A stretch of DNA of 64,000 nt, taken from NCBI GenBank assembly GCA_016927535.1, contig JAFGMM010000257.1, positions 1,761 through 65,760 of the forward strand, read 5' to 3'. Below the pieces are notes generated by a model. The model did no database searches and was not told where the DNA came from. It saw only the letters and a program-made list of their open reading frames with translations. A program made the translations under genes and the position numbers. This document shows, piece by piece, positions 25,001-33,808 of this stretch (position 1 is the first letter of the stretch; each line of letters starts with the position of its first letter). Origin of the DNA: Anaerolineae bacterium. Lineage in GTDB: Bacteria; Chloroflexota; Anaerolineae; Aggregatilineales; JAFGMM01.

Positions 25001-26203
25001 ATCGCCGCGATTCACCAAAGCGCGGGCGCGCATATCCCCGGCGGCGAACTGGCGCGCGACCGCCAGTAAGCGCGAAATCGGCGAAACAATTACGCGGGAT
25101 AGAAACAACGACACCGCCGCGGCGAACAAGCCAAACAGCACCGTAACAATAATCGATGTCTGGCGCACATTTTCGATCAACTCATGAGCTTCGACCTGCG
25201 GCTGGTACACATAAAGCACCCAGTCCAGGCCGTGGATCACCCGGCGCTCCTCCGCATGCTCGATCATGGCGGTATCGATGGTAGCATAACCCACCACCAC
25301 CGGTTCACCGGTATAGTCGAGTAGTTGGGCGGATCCCTGCTTGGCCGCCTGGTACGTCGCTCCATACCAGGTTTGGGGCAGCATCGTCCCCACCCGGTTC
25401 AGGTCCTTCTCGGCCAGGATGACACCACCCTGGCGCGCCAGCGCCGCGCCTCCGGTCCGGCCAACCTGAAGCTGCGTCACGGCCAGCGCGACGCTATCCA
25501 GGCGAAAAGTGCTCTGCACCACCCCCACAACCGCGCGGCCGGCGCTGTAAATCGGTACCGCGATCTTCAAGTCGGTATACGCGCCGCCGGATTCCGGCAC
25601 GGCGCTGTCTAGGTAAAGCGCCCCCTTGCCGTCTTTATACGTCTTCAACCACCAATCCGCATCGGCATAGTAATAATGCGCCGGGCGGTCGGTGGCGGCG
25701 ACCAGCGCACCGAACTTGTCGGTCACCAAGATTTCCACGTGGTCCGGGAAGCTCTGCTGGTACTGGAGCAGTTGGGCGGTGGTGGCATTGCGCTCTGGAT
25801 CAATGACCTTCTGAACCAGGCTCGCGTCGTCGTCCCTTTCTTGCCACTGCGCTTCCATCGTCTCCAGGTCCATCTTGATGACATCCGGCCCGGCAGTGTA
25901 GAGATTATTCTCCTGCTCAACGGCGCGTTGGATGCCATCAACAAGCGCGATCCCGCGCACCACCGATAGCTGCTCGGCGAGCATATCGGCCAGGTAATTG
26001 ATCTGCGAGCCGGCCAACTCCTCGAAGTGCAAGCCGATAGAGGCGCTAAACCCGGCGACTGCCCGCGCACTATTGAGAAGACCGGCGCAAATCAACGCAA
26101 TCACGACCATCGACACGACGCCCACCAACACCTTGGCCTCGATAGACCAATCGGCGGGGCGCCAGAAACGGCGGCGTCTGCGCTCAAGCGATTGTGATGC
26201 CAT
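19028..26203 (-). CDS. Giant membrane sensor: TM, double-Cache-like ectodomain, TM, HAMP, ~10 GAF modules, family C-terminal module; no output domain
   Basis: TM helices lie near aa 22-45 and 348-372. HAMP is at aa 373-430 (nt 24914-25087; AAGDMRARA...GEMAEVFNLLA). A canonical GAF carries NPHLPDTRSELALPL. Eight ~180-aa LFNRPW-type GAF repeats occupy nt 19268-24040. Confidence 0.9.
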   Translation of the reverse strand: MASQSLERRRRRFWRPADWSIEAKVLVGVVSMVVIALICAGLLNSARAVAGFSASIGLHFEELAGSQINYLADMLAEQLSVVRGIALVDGIQRAVEQENNLYTAGPDVIKMDLETMEAQWQERDDDASLVQKVIDPERNATTAQLLQYQQSFPDHVEILVTDKFGALVAATDRPAHYYYADADWWLKTYKDGKGALYLDSAVPESGGAYTDLKIAVPIYSAGRAVVGVVQSTFRLDSVALAVTQLQVGRTGGAALARQGGVILAEKDLNRVGTMLPQTWYGATYQAAKQGSAQLLDYTGEPVVVGYATIDTAMIEHAEERRVIHGLDWVLYVYQPQVEAHELIENVRQTSIIVTVLFGLFAAAVSLFLSRVIVSPISRLLAVARQFAAGDMRARALVNRGDETGEMAEVFNLLADKVVESLGMLEQRVAARTRGLLTAAQVSQATTGVADPLFLMQQVVEMTRDHLGLYYVGLFLLDDLRRFAVLRAGTGEAGRRMLADGHRLEVGGTSMIGQCTAQNRPVTTVDVRQERIHFKNPHLPDTRSELALPLRARGEVIGAMTVQSTQPGAFDDEDVAVLQTIADQVAGAIRGAELFAETQEALRQTRAALAEAQAAERRLLREAWEEYPKTAEATMSCYVGDFDAPAQTEIRQAIASRQRLAMPGDGGHAALVAPITVAGMPVGALGVHADRSRHWTEDEVLLFEAVAERLALAVENRRLDEQTQRALAENEALYVGSGQVVRATTVDEVLHALVVSTALQRLDSASILLFNRPWVETRPETVSLAALWQRSGGPAIPIGADLDLAQFPMVDLFAPDKPFVVEDIAADERVDAQVREYLHRQMGLRSVALFPIVVNEQWVGLVSGQSAEAVALSEMEVRRIVSLTDQAGTVIENRRLLQQTEVALQETSALYSASGLINRATTPDEVLHAMLEGIGLPGLAHAMIWLYDRAWSDNAMPQYQEVVAAWGVRAGQPAVEVGMRMRLEDFPVMAHLGRDVPLLVGDLENPPRYLAPEGVLFLRETLQARGVAFVPLVAGEQWIGNFNLNTSQPVEFGDTLLRRLTALAGQAAVAIEAIRRLKQTQESLKETESLYQASAQINTATTLDEVLGAMLAGVEFPFASRAMIALFNRPWLGHDMPEYFDSAAAWDERDDDPVVQAGMRFSMDQSIIGLLLKPDEPLVIGDVDADHRLDAATRTQYKTFFQAKSALFVPLVAAGQWIGTFNLMMSRAVAFDETYRRRVMTMAGQAAVAIQAINRLQQTQTALAETRTLYDGSARINAAGTASEILDALRQSTFLGQADGTAITLFDRPWAGGDMPDSGYVMASWHVDESGGLLRTGQTVPMSVFPSVHVLRPDEPLVMRDVATDARLDEASRAVTLQANIRSSVIAPLVAGGQWIGLVTAGMREATDIPEAGVRRLMALAGQAAVALQSQLRFQATQNALREAQALYQFTEVVSGVTDLQLVYGAITRALVEELGYADSWIAVLDEDAQTLQGVAGAGVNATDATIFTTTPLSDTRNPAVIAVKERRTVTLNDAGTNTDITGLLPSLKALMGKIIEAPVFVSSRVAGVIAATRPPHAPDITERDAQLFQAVVTQASVAIQRAQLFEQTQATLAETRALYEGAELINRAGTFRQVLEALRQSTVVGERESVAIQLFNHPWVSDDAPEWFQPAAYWHEGQFLDVPERFAMGMLPNVARLREEEIFISNDAAGDARIGPAYRQLLTFNCALIVKLVIGAEWVGFVEVNSPRPFAPAEHEARQLLTMTAQAAVALRSQQLYRQTQANLALNQSLYNAGRRINEAADLPAIVAAALEEVPVAGINRAVLALFEPGGGSEPGTMIVAANWYSGAGTPPAPPGTQYSSQTFPLFHRLLSPDPLFFADIRHDARIDTGSRAVFAGQNICAAAVLPLWVGVRQLGILMLQSEEEHEFTDEEMQPYLSLARQMATRIDNQNLFEQTQATLAETRALYDGSARINAARSFDGILDAIRHSTLIGQMDMAGLALFNRPSIDDRVPEQIIPVAMWGTDEVAQSRMLNRPMDLSDYSFVQAASRDEPLYACDVASDPRMDAKTRAAYERIGARSVIFIPLVAGGQWIGYINAFNDQPTEYDEMDLRRLMTIGSQAAIAVQSLLSQQQTEEVLQETSVLYKASQALVTASSTQGLLDAVAGYGLEAGAQAVMLVYLELGEAGRPEWGHVMAQSDTGEREMSNMVGARFALADYPFADIWLEDSDNPMLVGDVTRNTQMTGAALESLRRQNVRATVVLPLRSGGRWIGVVIYNWAEPQNFTERDERIYRTLRDQAAVAIDGRRLQQETEARALRERTLRQITSRVRGATDPDAIVRAAVRELGAALGRPTFVRLGSAAELACSQPANGDGKHGAEAGVDQQTEQGGE

Positions 26204-26209
26204 AAGTCT

Positions 26210-28612
26210 CTAACCTTCTAAACCGGTTTCGTCCTTGTCGTTTTTAACTTCATCGTCATTTTCATTTTCTTCATCGAGCGCCGCGCCTAGATGCACATAC
26301 GCCCGCGAGCCTTTGAGGACATCGGTGAGCATCTCGGCGGTCACCCGCATCAGCGCTTGTACATCGCGCGCTTGCTGCATCTTATCGGAAATCTCGCGCA
26401 GCGTTTGCTCGCGCTCGGCGCGTGCACGGGTCTGTAAGAGCAGTTGGCGGTTCTCGGCCACCAGTGCCATCCGCCCCAGGATATCCTCGAACAACGCAAT
26501 CTCGTCGTCCGTCCACTTCCGCGTGTGGTTCTGGTCATACACACCCAGCGCGCCGATCACCTCGCCATGCAGCATCACCGGCCCCACCAGCGCGACATGT
26601 TCGGCGCCGGGGTCACGGATCGCGACCACCCGTTGATCTTCCAAAGCCTGCTTGATTTCCGCCGGCTCGATCACACCGCGCGGCGGCACACCCGGCTGGC
26701 GCGCCTCATAGCGCATCACCTGGTCGGTCTGGCGCCACGCCGGGCGCGCGCCGTCCGCCGGGCGCTCGGCCTCGGCTCGAGCAAGCGCAGCCTCGGTGGC
26801 GGCGAACAGCCGCGCATTGTCAATCGCAGCAGCCACCTGGTCGGCCATCGTCTGCATCACCTGGACATTCACCTCGTCGAACGCGGCCACATCCTCGCCC
26901 TGGATCGTCATTGCCCCGATTACGCGCCCGCGCGAGCGCAGCGGCAGCGCCATCTCGGCGCGCGTTTTGGGCAGCAAGGGATTGCGGAAATGGAGCTTGT
27001 CCTGGCCGATATCACGCTCGACCAGCGCATCCGCCTTGGCGACCGCCTGCCCAATCAGCGACGCGCCGCCCACCTCCAGCTTGTAGCCCTGCACAATCAT
27101 TTGCTGCCCGGCCTGGCCCGTCCCGGCCTGCAAAACCGCATAACGCCCCGCCTCATCAACCAGGAACACGCCGACATAATAAAGGCCGAATCGCTCGCGC
27201 ACCATGTCTACCACCCGGTACATCAACTCCTGCGGGTCTAGGATCAGCGTCGTAGCGCGCGAGACCTCGGCGGCGGCCTGCAAGCTGTGGGTGCGCTCGG
27301 CTACGCGCGCTTCCAGCGCAACAATCGACATGCGTAGCTCGCCCGCCATCTGGTTAAGCGCGCCGGCCAATGCCCCGATTTCATCCTGCGTGACCACCTC
27401 CACCTGCTGCGAAAAATCACCCGCAGCGACGCGCGACGCTACCTGCGTCAACTGGTGGAGAGACCGGGTAATCTGACGGTTCACCAGGACCGTCGCACCG
27501 ACCAGCACCGCCAGCACCACACCGTCCACCAGCGCCAGCCCGACGAGCAAGTTCTGCGCCGGCCGGAATGCCTCGGCCTGGTCGATCTCGGCGATGAGCG
27601 CCCATGTGACCCCGGCGCTGCGATCAGGCGGTTGCAACACGACCGGCTGCCATGCACTTAACACCGGCACACCCCGGTAATCGGTGATGAGGGCAGCACC
27701 GGCATGACCTTCGCTAAAAGCCGAAAGGCTGGCGACCGTATCGACTTTATAATCGGGATTCAGAATCGTACTGGGCATATCCGGCGTCCGGAAGCGCGAA
27801 TCGTTGCGGAACAGCCCATCGTCGCCCACCACATAGGTCTCGTCGGTCTCGCCCAGGCCCTCACGCCCATTAAGAATTTCATTAAGGGCATTGGCGGGTA
27901 CCTGGAAAATCAACACGCCGACAAACTGGGTGCCGTCGATAATCGGCGCTCCAATGAACGCTGCCGGCCCATCAGATGGCTGGTAATACTCGAAGTCGGT
28001 CATGACCGAGGCCCGCTTGGTCTGCCGGATATATTCGAAAGCCTGCGCGATGTTGGTATCGTAGTAAGGACCATCGACCAAGTTGGTGCCGAAATCATCC
28101 TCTTTGACCACCGTGAACAAAACATCGCCGTCGGGCGAGACGATAAAGACATCATAATATCCGTGGCGGTCGAGGTAGGCGCGCAAAATCGGATAAAGTA
28201 CCCGGTGCGAGCGACTGTAGGCTGAGCCGTCGTCGGCGTCGATCAACTGCGGCTTGTCCAGATAGCGCCCACGGAGTGTGTCCAGCCTAGCCGCCATCGT
28301 CTCGCCCAGGCTGGCGTCGCGCTTGACGGCCCCTTGCAGCTCCCGCACATACTGGCGGAGCAGCACATCGGCTGCCAGGGTTTCGATATCGAGGCGGCGT
28401 TCGCCGGACCACTGCTCCAGGGCGGCGGCGCGGTCCGCGCGCACGGCCACCAAGCTGGCGAGGGTTTGCATCTGCAAAGCGCTGCGCACACCGATATACG
28501 CTATCGCGCCGACCACCAGCATCAACATCACGCCGAGCGCAATAAACCCGATCAGCAGCTTGGCGCGGATCGTGCGCGCCTGCCAGAACCGCCAACGTAC
28601 CTGTGTCTGCAT
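26210..28612 (-). CDS. Cache-HAMP-GAF membrane sensor without output domain (800 aa)
   Basis: An N-terminal TM helix is followed by a double-Cache-like ectodomain (GETDETYVVG motif). A second TM helix and HAMP (AAGDFSQQV...IGALAGALNQMA) come next. The GAF carries NPLLPKTRAEMALPL. A short GAF-like module and the family C-terminal module complete the protein. Confidence 0.9.
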   Translation of the reverse strand: MQTQVRWRFWQARTIRAKLLIGFIALGVMLMLVVGAIAYIGVRSALQMQTLASLVAVRADRAAALEQWSGERRLDIETLAADVLLRQYVRELQGAVKRDASLGETMAARLDTLRGRYLDKPQLIDADDGSAYSRSHRVLYPILRAYLDRHGYYDVFIVSPDGDVLFTVVKEDDFGTNLVDGPYYDTNIAQAFEYIRQTKRASVMTDFEYYQPSDGPAAFIGAPIIDGTQFVGVLIFQVPANALNEILNGREGLGETDETYVVGDDGLFRNDSRFRTPDMPSTILNPDYKVDTVASLSAFSEGHAGAALITDYRGVPVLSAWQPVVLQPPDRSAGVTWALIAEIDQAEAFRPAQNLLVGLALVDGVVLAVLVGATVLVNRQITRSLHQLTQVASRVAAGDFSQQVEVVTQDEIGALAGALNQMAGELRMSIVALEARVAERTHSLQAAAEVSRATTLILDPQELMYRVVDMVRERFGLYYVGVFLVDEAGRYAVLQAGTGQAGQQMIVQGYKLEVGGASLIGQAVAKADALVERDIGQDKLHFRNPLLPKTRAEMALPLRSRGRVIGAMTIQGEDVAAFDEVNVQVMQTMADQVAAAIDNARLFAATEAALARAEAERPADGARPAWRQTDQVMRYEARQPGVPPRGVIEPAEIKQALEDQRVVAIRDPGAEHVALVGPVMLHGEVIGALGVYDQNHTRKWTDDEIALFEDILGRMALVAENRQLLLQTRARAEREQTLREISDKMQQARDVQALMRVTAEMLTDVLKGSRAYVHLGAALDEENENDDEVKNDKDETGLEG

Positions 28613-28615
28613 CCT

Positions 28616-30973
28616 TTACTTCACCCCTCTAACGCCGTCCTGCCCGTTCAGCAGCGCCGCCGCATCGCCCATATGCACCAGGGTTTGCGACCCTTCCAAC
28701 GCGCGGTTGAGCTCCTCGGCAGTGATGCGCATCAACTCGTCCATGTCGATGGCGCTCTGCATCCGGTCCGAGATGGCGCGCAGCACCCGCTCGCGCTCGG
28801 CGCGTTTCTGCGTCTCCTGCAAACGAAGCTGGCTTTGGATCGAGACCGCCGCCTGCGCACACAGCGCCTCCAGGCGCCGGAGTTCGGCGCCGGTATACGC
28901 CGTCGGCTCGTAGCGCATCACGTTCACCCAACCGATCCACCGCCCGCCCACCGTCAGCGGAGCAAAGAGCACGCCCCGCACCTCAAACGCCTGACGGTAA
29001 AGCGCGCGCAGCCTCGCATCCAACGCCGGGTGCGTTTCGATATCTTCTATCACATAGACCGCGTCGCGCGGCAATGCGCTCATCGACGGGAAATCGGCTA
29101 TGGTATAGCGATGGTCGCCGGGACGCAGCGTCACGCCGGGGCGCGCCCAGAACGCGACCATCTCCACCCAGTCCGGCGCCGCATCGCCCACCCACGGGCG
29201 GTCGAAGAGCGCCAGGGCCGCAGCATCGGCGCTCCCTACCACCGAACCCTGGCGCAGCGCCTCCAGAATCTCGTCAAAAGCCTGCGCCGCATTGATGCGC
29301 GCGCTCCCCTCATACAACTGCGCGTTCTCTCGCAGTGCGGCCTGGGTGTTCTGAAACAGCCGTGCGTTTTCAATCGCCAAGCCCAAGCGCTCGGCCACCG
29401 CCTGCACCACAGCAGTCTCATCAGCGCTAAACGTCTGCTCCGGGCGCGAAGCCTGCAACACGCCGACGACCTCGCCGCTGCCCAACCGCACCGGGATGCT
29501 GATCTCTGCACTGCCCGTCAAAGCGTCCGCACGAACCGGAATCACATCGCTCAGGTTATAGCGATAGCTCAGTTCGCCCTCCGGCGCGTAGGTATCTATG
29601 AACTCACCCCACTCCCGGCGCGCAAGCTGGCTGCGCAGACGCTCAAGCTCACGCTCCTGGCCCTCGGCACGGGCCTGCAAGCGGATGACGGTAATGGCAG
29701 CGGCGAGCTGGTCGGCCAGGGTCTCGAAGATATTCATCGCTTGCTCATCGCAAGGCTCGGCATCGCGGCTGTGCAAATCCAGCACACCTAGTATCTTCTT
29801 CTCAACACGCAACGGTAGCGCGATCTGTGCCCGCGTCTCCGGCATCGTAGGGTCGGGTTTGAGGCCGGTGGTCAACGCGGTCTCTTCGGTGGCGATAACC
29901 GCCTGGCCGGCGGCGGCGGCGTGACCGACCGGCGTCGGCGAACCGACCCGGACCTTATGCCCCTGCGCCAGCAGATAGCGCCCCATATCGCCAGTGCTGG
30001 CGCGCAGCATCGCGTAAGCGTCCACATCGTCCAGGAGAAAAATCTGGGCATGGTAGAAGCCCAGACGGTCGCGCGCCAGGCTGACCACCCGCCCGAACAG
30101 CCGATCCAGGTCACGCAGGCCGGCCGTCTCGCGCCCTACCTCCGCCACCGTTTCGAGCGCGCGGGTGCGCTCGGTCACCCGCGCCTCCAGCGATCCCACC
30201 AATTCGACAATCCGGTCGGCCATCTCGTTAAAAGCTACCGCCAGCGCCGTGATCTCGTCGCGCCCCTCCGCCGCGACGCGCCGGGTCAAATCGCCCCCGG
30301 CGATCACCTGCGCCTCGTGCTCCATGCTCTTGAGCGGGGCGGTCAGACTGGTCATCAAAAGGTGGAAGGCTACGACCATCGCCAGCACCAGCATCGCGCC
30401 GGCCACCCACAGCCCATATTCGATCGGCATACTCTGCTCTACGAAACCCCGGTTCTCGTCGCGGTATGCCTGGTCAACGGCCCGGCTCACGATGTCAATA
30501 TCATGCTCGAGCGTGAGCAACTGGGTCTGTACCGTGTGCAGCTTTGGGCCAGGGTTAAAACGGCTCTCGTTCTGTGCGCTGGTCACCAAGTCCTGGAGCA
30601 GGTCACGATACTTCGCCGCCGTATCGACCAACGAGTCCAGTTGTTCATTCTGGCCGATCTCGCGGACCTGCAAAGCCTGCCGGTACACCGCCTCCGCCAT
30701 CTCGACCAGAATCTCACCCTCCGCGCCGGTAGGCAGTACGTTGTTAAGCTGGTATTCCTCCAGCTTTCTGTGGATGCCCCGGAACAACTCCGACAACTCG
30801 TGCATCTCAAGCTGCGTACCCAGGTATTCGTTTACCAGATCGTCCAGCCGGGCAAGCGTGCGATTTAGCCCATACCCATAGAAAACCCCAAAAGCGCCCA
30901 CCAGCACCACCCCCACAACAAACACCAGGGTCAGACGCCGCGATATGCTCACGCGCCGGATAATCCGCTGCAC
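28616..30973 (-). CDS. Helical-bundle-HAMP-GAF membrane sensor without output domain (~786 aa)
   Basis: A TM helix is followed by a ~180-aa helical periplasmic region and a second TM helix. HAMP reads AGGDLTRRV...ITALAVAFNEMA. Then come a GAF, a short GAF-like module, one LFDRPW-type GAF and the C-terminal module. The proposed start is GTG at 30973-30971, 1 nt after the upstream stop; the long ORF back to 31096 would overlap the upstream gene by 122 nt. Confidence 0.8.
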   Translation of the reverse strand: MQRIIRRVSISRRLTLVFVVGVVLVGAFGVFYGYGLNRTLARLDDLVNEYLGTQLEMHELSELFRGIHRKLEEYQLNNVLPTGAEGEILVEMAEAVYRQALQVREIGQNEQLDSLVDTAAKYRDLLQDLVTSAQNESRFNPGPKLHTVQTQLLTLEHDIDIVSRAVDQAYRDENRGFVEQSMPIEYGLWVAGAMLVLAMVVAFHLLMTSLTAPLKSMEHEAQVIAGGDLTRRVAAEGRDEITALAVAFNEMADRIVELVGSLEARVTERTRALETVAEVGRETAGLRDLDRLFGRVVSLARDRLGFYHAQIFLLDDVDAYAMLRASTGDMGRYLLAQGHKVRVGSPTPVGHAAAAGQAVIATEETALTTGLKPDPTMPETRAQIALPLRVEKKILGVLDLHSRDAEPCDEQAMNIFETLADQLAAAITVIRLQARAEGQERELERLRSQLARREWGEFIDTYAPEGELSYRYNLSDVIPVRADALTGSAEISIPVRLGSGEVVGVLQASRPEQTFSADETAVVQAVAERLGLAIENARLFQNTQAALRENAQLYEGSARINAAQAFDEILEALRQGSVVGSADAAALALFDRPWVGDAAPDWVEMVAFWARPGVTLRPGDHRYTIADFPSMSALPRDAVYVIEDIETHPALDARLRALYRQAFEVRGVLFAPLTVGGRWIGWVNVMRYEPTAYTGAELRRLEALCAQAAVSIQSQLRLQETQKRAERERVLRAISDRMQSAIDMDELMRITAEELNRALEGSQTLVHMGDAAALLNGQDGVRGVK

Positions 30974-30974
30974 C

Positions 30975-33794
30975 TCACACCTCCTGCGAGGGCTGGCCCG
31001 CGCCGCCGTTCTCGCCCACATCCACCAGCCGGATCGTCGTCTCAGGCAGCCGAAGCGCCCGGCCCAGTTCACGGATTGCCGTCTGGAGCAGGTCACGCAT
31101 GTCGGTTTTGCCGGTCAACCGGCCTGACACCTCGTTCACCAGGCGCTCGCGCTGGGCCAGACGCTGCGACTGCTCGAACAGCCGGACATTCTCCAGGTTC
31201 AGCGCCAGCCGGTCGGCGAGCGCCTGGGCCAATTCCAGCGTCTCCGGGTTGAGCGCCTCGCCCTCCACATCAAACTCCAGCACGCCCACACACACATCGC
31301 GGAACGCCACCGGCACCGCGACCGTCATCACTTCCTCACCCGGTTTCACAACCACCTCGGTCTTCTCAAGCACCTCGACCATAGGATCGGTCAATAGAAC
31401 GTCGCGGGTCACCCGCTGTCCATCGGCCACCGCGCCGAATGCCGCGACCCCGCGCTGGCGCAAGTAGTCGCGCCAGACCTCACCGATCAGGCGGCGGTTG
31501 AGCGCGTCGATCTCGCGCAGGCGCACCTCCGACTGCTGAATCAGCCGCGCGTTGTCGATGGCAATCGCCAGTTGGTCGGCCAGCAGCCCGAAGACCCGCA
31601 CACTCGATTCGTCGAATACATGGGGCGCGAGGCTCTGCACATCCAGCACCCCGATCACCCGCGGTCCCACCGCCAGCGGCAGCGCCATCTCCGAGCGCGT
31701 GTTCGGCAGCAGCGGGTTAGGCCGGTGCATAGCAGTCGGGTCTTTCGTGTCGTGCACGATGTAGGGCTGATCACGCTCGACCACCTGCCCGATCACACTG
31801 GACGATCCCGCCGCCAGCCGGTGCCCGGCCTCCAGCAAACGCCGCCCGGCCTCGCCGGTGCTGGCGCGCAGCACCGCGTACTCGTTCACCTCGTCCAGCA
31901 AGAAAATCTGCACATGATAGTGCCCGGTGCGCTGCTGGATGAGATTCACGGCATAAGGCAGCAGCGTATCCAGGTCGCGCATACCGGTCACCATACGGCC
32001 CAACTCGGCGGTAATCTCCAGGTCGCTGGTGCGCTCTTCCACGCGGCGCTCCAGGTTGTCGATCAAATCGTGCAGTCGCGCCGTCATAATATTGAACGCC
32101 TGCGCCAGCTCACCGATCTCATCCTGCCGCGCCACCCTGGCCGTCACATCTAATTCACCGCCGGCGATTCGCGTCGCGGTCCGCACAAGCTCGCCGAGCG
32201 GGTTGGCAATACCGCGCGTAACCAGCAACGAAGCCAGGATCGCCACACCGGCTGCGCCAAGCGTGAGCAGCAGGTTCACATCGCGCATCTGGCTCGTCGG
32301 CGCCAGCGCCTCACTAAGCTCCTGCTCCGCGACCAGCACAACCCAAAACTGCGACACCCAGCGGTAGACTCCGATCACATCCGCACCCCGGTAGCTCCGG
32401 TAAATGCCGGTGCCCCGGTCCTTTGCCTCCAACGCCCGGCTCACCATCTCGGTATCGATATAGACGCCGGCGTCGCCCTGGCGCCAGTCGGGATACCGGT
32501 CGAAGCCAAAGCGCGATTCGGTCAGCAGCGCTTTGTTTGCGCCCACCAGGTAGGTTTCGCCGGTGCTGCCCAGGCCGGTCTGCTCGACCATAATCTCGTT
32601 CAACGCCTTCAAATCGGCGCGCCCGGCCATCACACCGATCACCACACCCTCCTGGTTATATACCGGTTCCGAAAACACAATCGACACTTGGCCCTGCGCC
32701 TGGTAATAAGTCGGCGGCTGGATGTAGGCGCCGGTGCGCCCCACCTGGAAGAACGGTTGAGTATTAAAAAGCTTGTTTTCCTGGATCGGGTCGGTCGAGA
32801 GCACGACTTCGCCGTCCGTGTTCAGTAAAAACAATTCGTCGAAGCGCTCGGCGCGCCTGACCGTCTGGGAAAAGTGCTCTTTGAGCTTGTCATAGGCAAA
32901 CAACTGGCTGGCCGGAAGGGACGAATCGGAAAGCAAGTTCTGAACCTGTGTGATCGATTCGGGGTCCGAAAGCACGTTGGACAGGTCGATCTTGAGCATC
33001 CCGATCCAAGTCGTGATCTCTTCACCCTTCAGCGCCGCCACCGACTCAAGCTGCCGGGTGACCTGCGCTTGGCCGGCTTCCAGGCTCAACTGCGCCGACA
33101 CAATAACGACCAGGCCGAGCGGGGCAACGACCACTCCCAGAAACGCCACACTCAGCCGATTGCGGATCGCGCCGATGCTCAACCTGCGCAGCACCTCTAA
33201 AGCCAATAACAGCCCGGCTGCCAGCGCCGTCCCCGGCAGCAAAAAACTCAGTTCCGCCGACCGGGACAGCGGGTAGCGATCCAGGGATTCGGCGCCCAGT
33301 TCGACGACGACCAAGAATCCGGCCAACAGCGCCGCTATCCCGATCCAGACCGGCCAGCGGTGTGGGATCAGGATGCGTCCGACCAGCAGCACCAGCAGCA
33401 CACCGCCGACCACCACGGCGCCGCCTATCCCTGACAGGGACAGAGCGATGACCACATACGAGACGACCACCGCCAAGACCACCATATAGCCCGCCGCGTC
33501 TAGCCGGTCTCGGACGACGAACCGGTAGCCGATCACCGTCAGCCCGATTCCCACCCAGAACGCCGCCATCATATTGAGCACCTGCGGCACCGGCGACCGG
33601 AAGTAGATATAGCCGTAAACGACGACCGCCAACGCTGCCAGCCCGAACAAGACGTAAAACAAGCGCTTGATATACGTCGTCCGATTGACATCGATCGGCG
33701 GCGTGATCTGCGACCGGCGCAACTGCGCCAGCAGCCGCGACGCCTCCGACTCCCGTGACGGCGGTCTCTGATTATCGTTCTTCGCTTCAGACAT
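30975..33794 (-). CDS. Multi-TM-Cache-HAMP-GAF membrane sensor without output domain (939 aa)
   Basis: About 6 N-terminal TM helices precede a Cache-like ectodomain (GSTGETYLVG). HAMP reads AGGELDVTARV...IGELAQAFNIMT. The GAF carries NPLLPNTRSEMALPL. A short GAF-like module and the C-terminal module follow. Confidence 0.9.
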   Translation of the reverse strand: MSEAKNDNQRPPSRESEASRLLAQLRRSQITPPIDVNRTTYIKRLFYVLFGLAALAVVVYGYIYFRSPVPQVLNMMAAFWVGIGLTVIGYRFVVRDRLDAAGYMVVLAVVVSYVVIALSLSGIGGAVVVGGVLLVLLVGRILIPHRWPVWIGIAALLAGFLVVVELGAESLDRYPLSRSAELSFLLPGTALAAGLLLALEVLRRLSIGAIRNRLSVAFLGVVVAPLGLVVIVSAQLSLEAGQAQVTRQLESVAALKGEEITTWIGMLKIDLSNVLSDPESITQVQNLLSDSSLPASQLFAYDKLKEHFSQTVRRAERFDELFLLNTDGEVVLSTDPIQENKLFNTQPFFQVGRTGAYIQPPTYYQAQGQVSIVFSEPVYNQEGVVIGVMAGRADLKALNEIMVEQTGLGSTGETYLVGANKALLTESRFGFDRYPDWRQGDAGVYIDTEMVSRALEAKDRGTGIYRSYRGADVIGVYRWVSQFWVVLVAEQELSEALAPTSQMRDVNLLLTLGAAGVAILASLLVTRGIANPLGELVRTATRIAGGELDVTARVARQDEIGELAQAFNIMTARLHDLIDNLERRVEERTSDLEITAELGRMVTGMRDLDTLLPYAVNLIQQRTGHYHVQIFLLDEVNEYAVLRASTGEAGRRLLEAGHRLAAGSSSVIGQVVERDQPYIVHDTKDPTAMHRPNPLLPNTRSEMALPLAVGPRVIGVLDVQSLAPHVFDESSVRVFGLLADQLAIAIDNARLIQQSEVRLREIDALNRRLIGEVWRDYLRQRGVAAFGAVADGQRVTRDVLLTDPMVEVLEKTEVVVKPGEEVMTVAVPVAFRDVCVGVLEFDVEGEALNPETLELAQALADRLALNLENVRLFEQSQRLAQRERLVNEVSGRLTGKTDMRDLLQTAIRELGRALRLPETTIRLVDVGENGGAGQPSQEV

Positions 33795-33808
33795 ACTGTC
33801 TCCCGCGT

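Noticed and set aside
30974-31096. 41-codon N-terminal extension of the 826-aa ORF
   Set aside because: It overlaps the upstream gene's conserved C-terminal module. A GTG at 30973, 1 nt after the upstream stop, immediately precedes the TM helix. That start choice remains unverified.
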